NCBI GenBank assembly: GCA_965219955.1
Contig: OZ244799.1
Location: 3,104,001-3,168,000, forward strand
Direction: 5' to 3'
Source of the DNA: a bacterium
GTDB lineage: Bacteria > UBA8248
Length of the DNA: 64,000 nt
Shown: piece after piece, positions 59,703-64,000 of the stretch
Layout of the letters: every line of letters begins with the position of its first letter
How positions within the stretch are numbered: the first letter of the stretch is position 1
Notes under the pieces: model-generated
Told to the model about the DNA's origin: nothing
What the model saw: only the letters and a program-made list of their open reading frames with translations
The model's database searches: none
Position numbers and translations under genes: made by a program

Positions 59703-62300
59703 CTATGCGCCCACCTCCTGGGGTTTCTCCGCCTTGCGGACCCGAATCTCCACTCCCTGGCGACCCGGCGCGCCGCCCGTGTTGAGGGCCGAGCCCCCAT
59801 GCGCGCGCAAATAACCCTCAGGCGCGAAGGCGACGCCCACGGGCGCGTTCTTGTCGACGTGCGCGGGTAGCCGAACGGCCTCCCCGCCCACTTCGAATTC
59901 CACGAGTTCGCCGTCTTTGGCGCCCAGACTCTCCGCATCGCTCGGCGACAGGGCGAGCGCGGCTTCGGGCATGTCGGCCAGATGATAGGCCGAGGCTGCA
60001 TAAGCTCCCGAGAGCCACAAGACGGGCGTCAACAGCATCCTGAGGCCCGGCGCTTGCGCTTCTTTCTCCGGAATCTGGGATATCTGATAGGCGCGCTGTC
60101 CCTCTCGTCTTAAATGCAGACCCTCATCGGGAACCCGGCCGAAGGCGTCCGCGTAATCGGCGACCAACGAGCGCGCCTGGATCCGGATTTTGTCCAGCGA
60201 GTTCGCCCGCATGGGCCGCTCCATCGCCTTTGCGATATCGGCGAAGGCCCGCCAGGCTTCGGGGACCATCTTGTCGATCATCGGCTTGAGCGCGCGCGGG
60301 AGAGACTGCGCCCTGCGCTCCAGGTTCGTGACGCTGCCCGTTTCCTCATACAGCGTGGGCGCGGGGATCACGACGTCCGCGTACTGCGCACTCGCGTTCA
60401 AATGCGATGTCTGCAAGACGACGAAATCGGCCTTCTCCAGCGCCTCTCTAGCCCGCGCGCCGTCGGGGTATTCCGCCACCGGGTCGCAATCCAGAATATA
60501 AAGGGCTTTGAGTTCACCGCTCCCGAGTCCATCGAGTATGCCGCTTGCATCTCTGCCGGCCTGCGCGCCGGGCGGCCTTCCCCACGCCTCCCCGCAGGCG
60601 GCGCGCGTATTCTCACTAGACAAATCGCCGCCGGGCAGGGCTTCGGGATGCAGGCCCATGTCGATTGCGCCCTGTAAGTTCGGCGCGCCGGTGGCGAAGA
60701 GCATGTTGGCGCGGAGCAGCAGCCCCAGATTGATCGCTTCTGAAACGGCGACCTTCCCCGTCTCCCCAGGTCCTGAGAGGATGCTCACCGGGCCGTCCGC
60801 CGCCAGGATCGCCCGGGCGGCGGCCATGAGGTCCTCAGGCGGCAGGTCCGCCTCTTCGCACAGGGATTCCAAGTCGGCGGAACCCAGGAGCGCGGCGTAG
60901 TCTTCGGCGTTGTCTCCTTCGGGTTTCGCGCCGCCGTCCACGAGGCAGGCCGCCAGCGCGCGAAGCGTCCGCGAGATGCCCCCAAGAACCGGCACCAGAT
61001 GATGCACCCTGCCCTGAACGCGCAGGTCGATGCGCCTTTGGTTCACGTTGACGACCACCGCGCCTGCGCGGTGCGCCTTTCTGATCTGGAGCGCGAGTAT
61101 GGGGTGCTGCGTGAACGGGTCGCTCCCCACGATGATGACGGCCTTAGAACGCCCCAACTCCTCGATGGAGCCCGCGCCGCCCACGCCGCCCAGGGCGGCG
61201 CTTTGCAAGTCCGTCTGCACGATGTCGCGCGTATGAATCCGGCTGTCGATATGGTTGGTTCCCAGGACCGAGCGCATGAAGGCGCCGAACTGATAGGCCG
61301 TCTCGTTCGTGGAAGAGGCCCCGCCCAGACCGGCGATTGCGCCGCCGCCCGCTTGCTCCATCACGGCGCCGAAACCCCTCGCCGCCTCGCCGACCGCTTC
61401 CGCCCAGCCGACGGGCGTCAGTTCGCCGTCTTTTCTGATCATCGGCTGGGTGATGCGCTCATCGCCGTGCGCCCCGCTCCAGCCGTAGCGCGCGACGTCG
61501 CATATCCAGGTGTCGTTCACCCTCTCGTTCTCAGCCGCCGTAACGCGCTTGATCTCGCCGTCCTTCGTCCAGACGCCCTGGCGGCAGCCCACGCTGCACA
61601 GGGTGCAGGGCCCCTGGGTCTCCTCCATCTCCCAAACGCGGGCGGTGAAGCGGTATTTGTTGTCCGTGAGCGCGCCGACCGGGCAGATGTCGATGACGTT
61701 GCCCGAGACGACGCTCGTCAGGGGCAGGTCCTCATAGACGCCCACTTCGGTGCGGTCGCCGCGCTGCGCCCAGCCGAACTCCGCCCCGCCGTCTATCTCC
61801 TCGGTGAAGCGGATGCACCGGGTGCAGTGCACGCAGCGGTTCATCTCGGGCTTGATGAAGGCGCTGATCTCCTTGCTCGGATAAATGCGCCGGAACTCGT
61901 GCGTCCTGCTGATCGCCTTGCCGTAGGCCATCGTCTGATCCTGCAGGGGGCATTCCCCGCCCTGATCGCACACCGGACAATCGAGCGGGTGGTTCTTGAG
62001 CAGGAATTCGAACACCCCTTCCTGCGCCTCGATGACGCGCGGGGTCACCGAACTGATCACCATGCCCTCGGCCGCATACGTGGCGCAGGAGGGCTGGAGT
62101 TTGGGTATCGGCCGGCCGTTGCCGGCGTCGAGCACTTCCACGAGGCAGGCCCGGCACTGGCCCACGATGGAGAGGTTCTTGTGGTAGCAGAAATGCGGAA
62201 CGTGCGCGCCGATGCGGAGCGCGGCCTCCAGGACGGGCAGGCTCTTGTCCATCGTGATGCTCTGATCGTTGAATACGAATGTTACCTGCTCATTCGACAT
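59703..62300 (-). CDS. nuoG: NADH-quinone oxidoreductase subunit G
   Basis: PHFCYH, CRAC, HPLDCPVCDQGGEC, CVHCTRC, CPVGAL, N7 motif CTLCSVGC..C. Confidence 0.95.
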   Translation of the reverse strand: MSNEQVTFVFNDQSITMDKSLPVLEAALRIGAHVPHFCYHKNLSIVGQCRACLVEVLDAGNGRPIPKLQPSCATYAAEGMVISSVTPRVIEAQEGVFEFLLKNHPLDCPVCDQGGECPLQDQTMAYGKAISRTHEFRRIYPSKEISAFIKPEMNRCVHCTRCIRFTEEIDGGAEFGWAQRGDRTEVGVYEDLPLTSVVSGNVIDICPVGALTDNKYRFTARVWEMEETQGPCTLCSVGCRQGVWTKDGEIKRVTAAENERVNDTWICDVARYGWSGAHGDERITQPMIRKDGELTPVGWAEAVGEAARGFGAVMEQAGGGAIAGLGGASSTNETAYQFGAFMRSVLGTNHIDSRIHTRDIVQTDLQSAALGGVGGAGSIEELGRSKAVIIVGSDPFTQHPILALQIRKAHRAGAVVVNVNQRRIDLRVQGRVHHLVPVLGGISRTLRALAACLVDGGAKPEGDNAEDYAALLGSADLESLCEEADLPPEDLMAAARAILAADGPVSILSGPGETGKVAVSEAINLGLLLRANMLFATGAPNLQGAIDMGLHPEALPGGDLSSENTRAACGEAWGRPPGAQAGRDASGILDGLGSGELKALYILDCDPVAEYPDGARAREALEKADFVVLQTSHLNASAQYADVVIPAPTLYEETGSVTNLERRAQSLPRALKPMIDKMVPEAWRAFADIAKAMERPMRANSLDKIRIQARSLVADYADAFGRVPDEGLHLRREGQRAYQISQIPEKEAQAPGLRMLLTPVLWLSGAYAASAYHLADMPEAALALSPSDAESLGAKDGELVEFEVGGEAVRLPAHVDKNAPVGVAFAPEGYLRAHGGSALNTGGAPGRQGVEIRVRKAEKPQEVGA

Positions 62301-62317
62301 CTATCGTCTCTCCCCCA

Positions 62318-63622
62318 TCACATCGCGGCGGGATACGGGCTGCCCAGCGGACAGCGGCCCAGAGAGATGTGCGCTTCAAATTCATCGTAAAACTTCGTCA
62401 AAAACGCGCCGAACATCATGGCGCACGCATCAGAGAGCACGCAGATGGTGTTCCCGCGCATGTTGGGGTCTATCGACGCGAGCGTATCCAGATCGTCGGG
62501 CACCCCATCGCCCCGCTCCATGCGCGCCAGAATCTCGGACACCCAGCCGGTCCCCTCCCGGCAGACCGAGCATTGTCCGCAGGATTCGTGCTCGAAAAAG
62601 GCGGCGAGCCTGCCGGCCGCCTGCACCATGCACGTCGTCTCGTCCATGACGATGACCCCGCCGCTGCCGCCCATGCTGCCCGCCTGGGCTAAAGAATCGA
62701 AATCCATCGTCACCTTGTCCTCATATACTTCCTGCGCGGTGAGGGCCGGCGCGCTCGCGCCGCCGGGAATCACCGCCTTCAGCGCCGCGCCGTTTCGCAT
62801 GCCGCCGCAGTGCTCGTGAATCATCTCCTCGCACGTGAGGCCGAGCGGCAGTTCATACAGGCCTGGCTTCGCCACGTGGCCCGAGACGCAGTACATGCGG
62901 GTGCCCGAGTTTTTCTCGTCGATTCCGATGCCGGCGAACCACTCCGCCCCCTTGTTCACGATGTGGGGGAGGTTCGCGAGCGTCTCCACGTTGTTGATGA
63001 CCGTGGGCCGCGCATAGAGACCGATGACAGCGGGGAACGGCGGCTTTAAGCGCGGGTGCCCGCGCTTGCCCTCGAGCGACTCCAGAAGCCCGGTCTCCTC
63101 GCCGCAGATGTAGGCGCCCGCGCCGCGGTGGGTGTAGATATCGCACGAAAACCCGCTGCCCATGATGTTTTGGCCGATGTAGCCTTTCTCATAGGCCTCG
63201 GCCAGCGCCTTTTCCACCGCGCGCCAGGGGGCGACGAACTCGCCTCGGATGTAGATGTAGGCCTTCTCGATGCCCACGGCGTAACACGCGATGAGGATGC
63301 CCTCGATGAGCTGGTGCGGGTCGCGCAGCATGAGTTCGCGGTCCTTGAACGTGCCGGGCTCTCCCTCGTCCGCGTTGACGGCCAGGTATTTCGGCCCGTC
63401 CACCTGGGGCACGAAGCTCCACTTGAGGCCGCACGGGAACCCCGCACCGCCGCGTCCGCGCAACCCTGAGGTCTTCACCGTTTCGATGACGTCGGCGGGC
63501 TCGACGCCGTCCAGGAGCTTCCGGATCGCCTCGTAGCCGCCCGTGGCCTCATAGCCCGTGATGTGCTGCGCATCCGGGTTGTCGAACCGGCCCGTCACGA
63601 TTTTTTCCAGTACCAACGCCAT
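62318..63622 (-). CDS. nuoF: NADH-quinone oxidoreductase subunit F
   Basis: GLRGRGGAGF, NADEGEPGTFKDR, GAYICGEET, ESCGQC..CREG; start refined to MALVLEK. Confidence 0.95.
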   Translation of the reverse strand: MALVLEKIVTGRFDNPDAQHITGYEATGGYEAIRKLLDGVEPADVIETVKTSGLRGRGGAGFPCGLKWSFVPQVDGPKYLAVNADEGEPGTFKDRELMLRDPHQLIEGILIACYAVGIEKAYIYIRGEFVAPWRAVEKALAEAYEKGYIGQNIMGSGFSCDIYTHRGAGAYICGEETGLLESLEGKRGHPRLKPPFPAVIGLYARPTVINNVETLANLPHIVNKGAEWFAGIGIDEKNSGTRMYCVSGHVAKPGLYELPLGLTCEEMIHEHCGGMRNGAALKAVIPGGASAPALTAQEVYEDKVTMDFDSLAQAGSMGGSGGVIVMDETTCMVQAAGRLAAFFEHESCGQCSVCREGTGWVSEILARMERGDGVPDDLDTLASIDPNMRGNTICVLSDACAMMFGAFLTKFYDEFEAHISLGRCPLGSPYPAAM

Positions 63623-63633
63623 TTTCAGGCCCC

Positions 63634-64000
63634 TCAGCCCTGGACTTCGCCGTCTGGTTCTTCGGCGCCTGCCAGAGCGGGCGTTACCACCTCGTCCGCC
63701 CCGATGGGCGAGACGACCTCGCCCTTTTCCAGCGCGCTGAAGATATCGTTCATGATCTCGGGCGTGACGCCCTCGAAGTAGTGTTCGTTTACCTGCACGC
63801 AGGGAGCGCCCCCGCACGCGCCCAGGCACTCGACCGCCTCGATCGAGAACTTCCCGTCCTCGCGCGTGTGGCCGGTGCGGCAATCCAGGCGGTTTTCGAT
63901 CTCGCGCAGCAGCCTGCCCGCTCCCATGAGGGCGCACGAGAGGTTGTTGCACACCTGCACGTGGTATTCCCCGATGGGCTGGGTCTTGAGCATGGTGTAA
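63634..64000 (-). CDS. nuoE: NADH-quinone oxidoreductase subunit E (5' end outside window)
   Basis: CNNLSC and ECLGAC 2Fe-2S ligands; frame runs off the window edge. Confidence 0.93.
   Translation of the reverse strand, partial: YTMLKTQPIGEYHVQVCNNLSCALMGAGRLLREIENRLDCRTGHTREDGKFSIEAVECLGACGGAPCVQVNEHYFEGVTPEIMNDIFSALEKGEVVSPIGADEVVTPALAGAEEPDGEVQG

Overview
GC-rich bacterial chromosome window; the taxon cannot be fixed from sequence alone. 1-38 kb is a catabolic/transport region. It holds an acyl-CoA-dehydrogenase-like flavoprotein, a ThDP decarboxylase, a YlbE/DUF1116 + amidohydrolase pair, two Liv-type and one nitrate/sulfonate-type ABC systems, and an MMPL - Lcp/MpaB-type oxygenase - MMPL - flavin oxidoreductase cluster. 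It also holds an orphan xanthine-dehydrogenase-family Mo subunit, TauE, a DinB-like gene, an OsmC-family gene with an in-frame UGA followed by a SECIS-like hairpin (probable selenoprotein), tRNA-Phe, an AIR-synthase-like/HAD pair and an M20 hydrolase. REP-like and MITE-like repeats lie between genes. 42.5-64 kb carries two back-to-back minus-strand complex I clusters: (..)nuoEFGHIJKLMN, then nuoABCDHJKLMN lacking E, F, G and I. Between the halves, about 4.2 kb of AT-richer cargo is bracketed by a ~300 bp direct repeat of the nuoN 3' end whose six differences are all synonymous. This is the pattern expected of an integrative element that targets and restores nuoN. The cargo is a HEPN-like protein, a metalloprotease lipoprotein with a TbpB-like C-terminus, a second lipoprotein and a decayed IS1595. 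All family calls are motif recognition by eye, not database searches.
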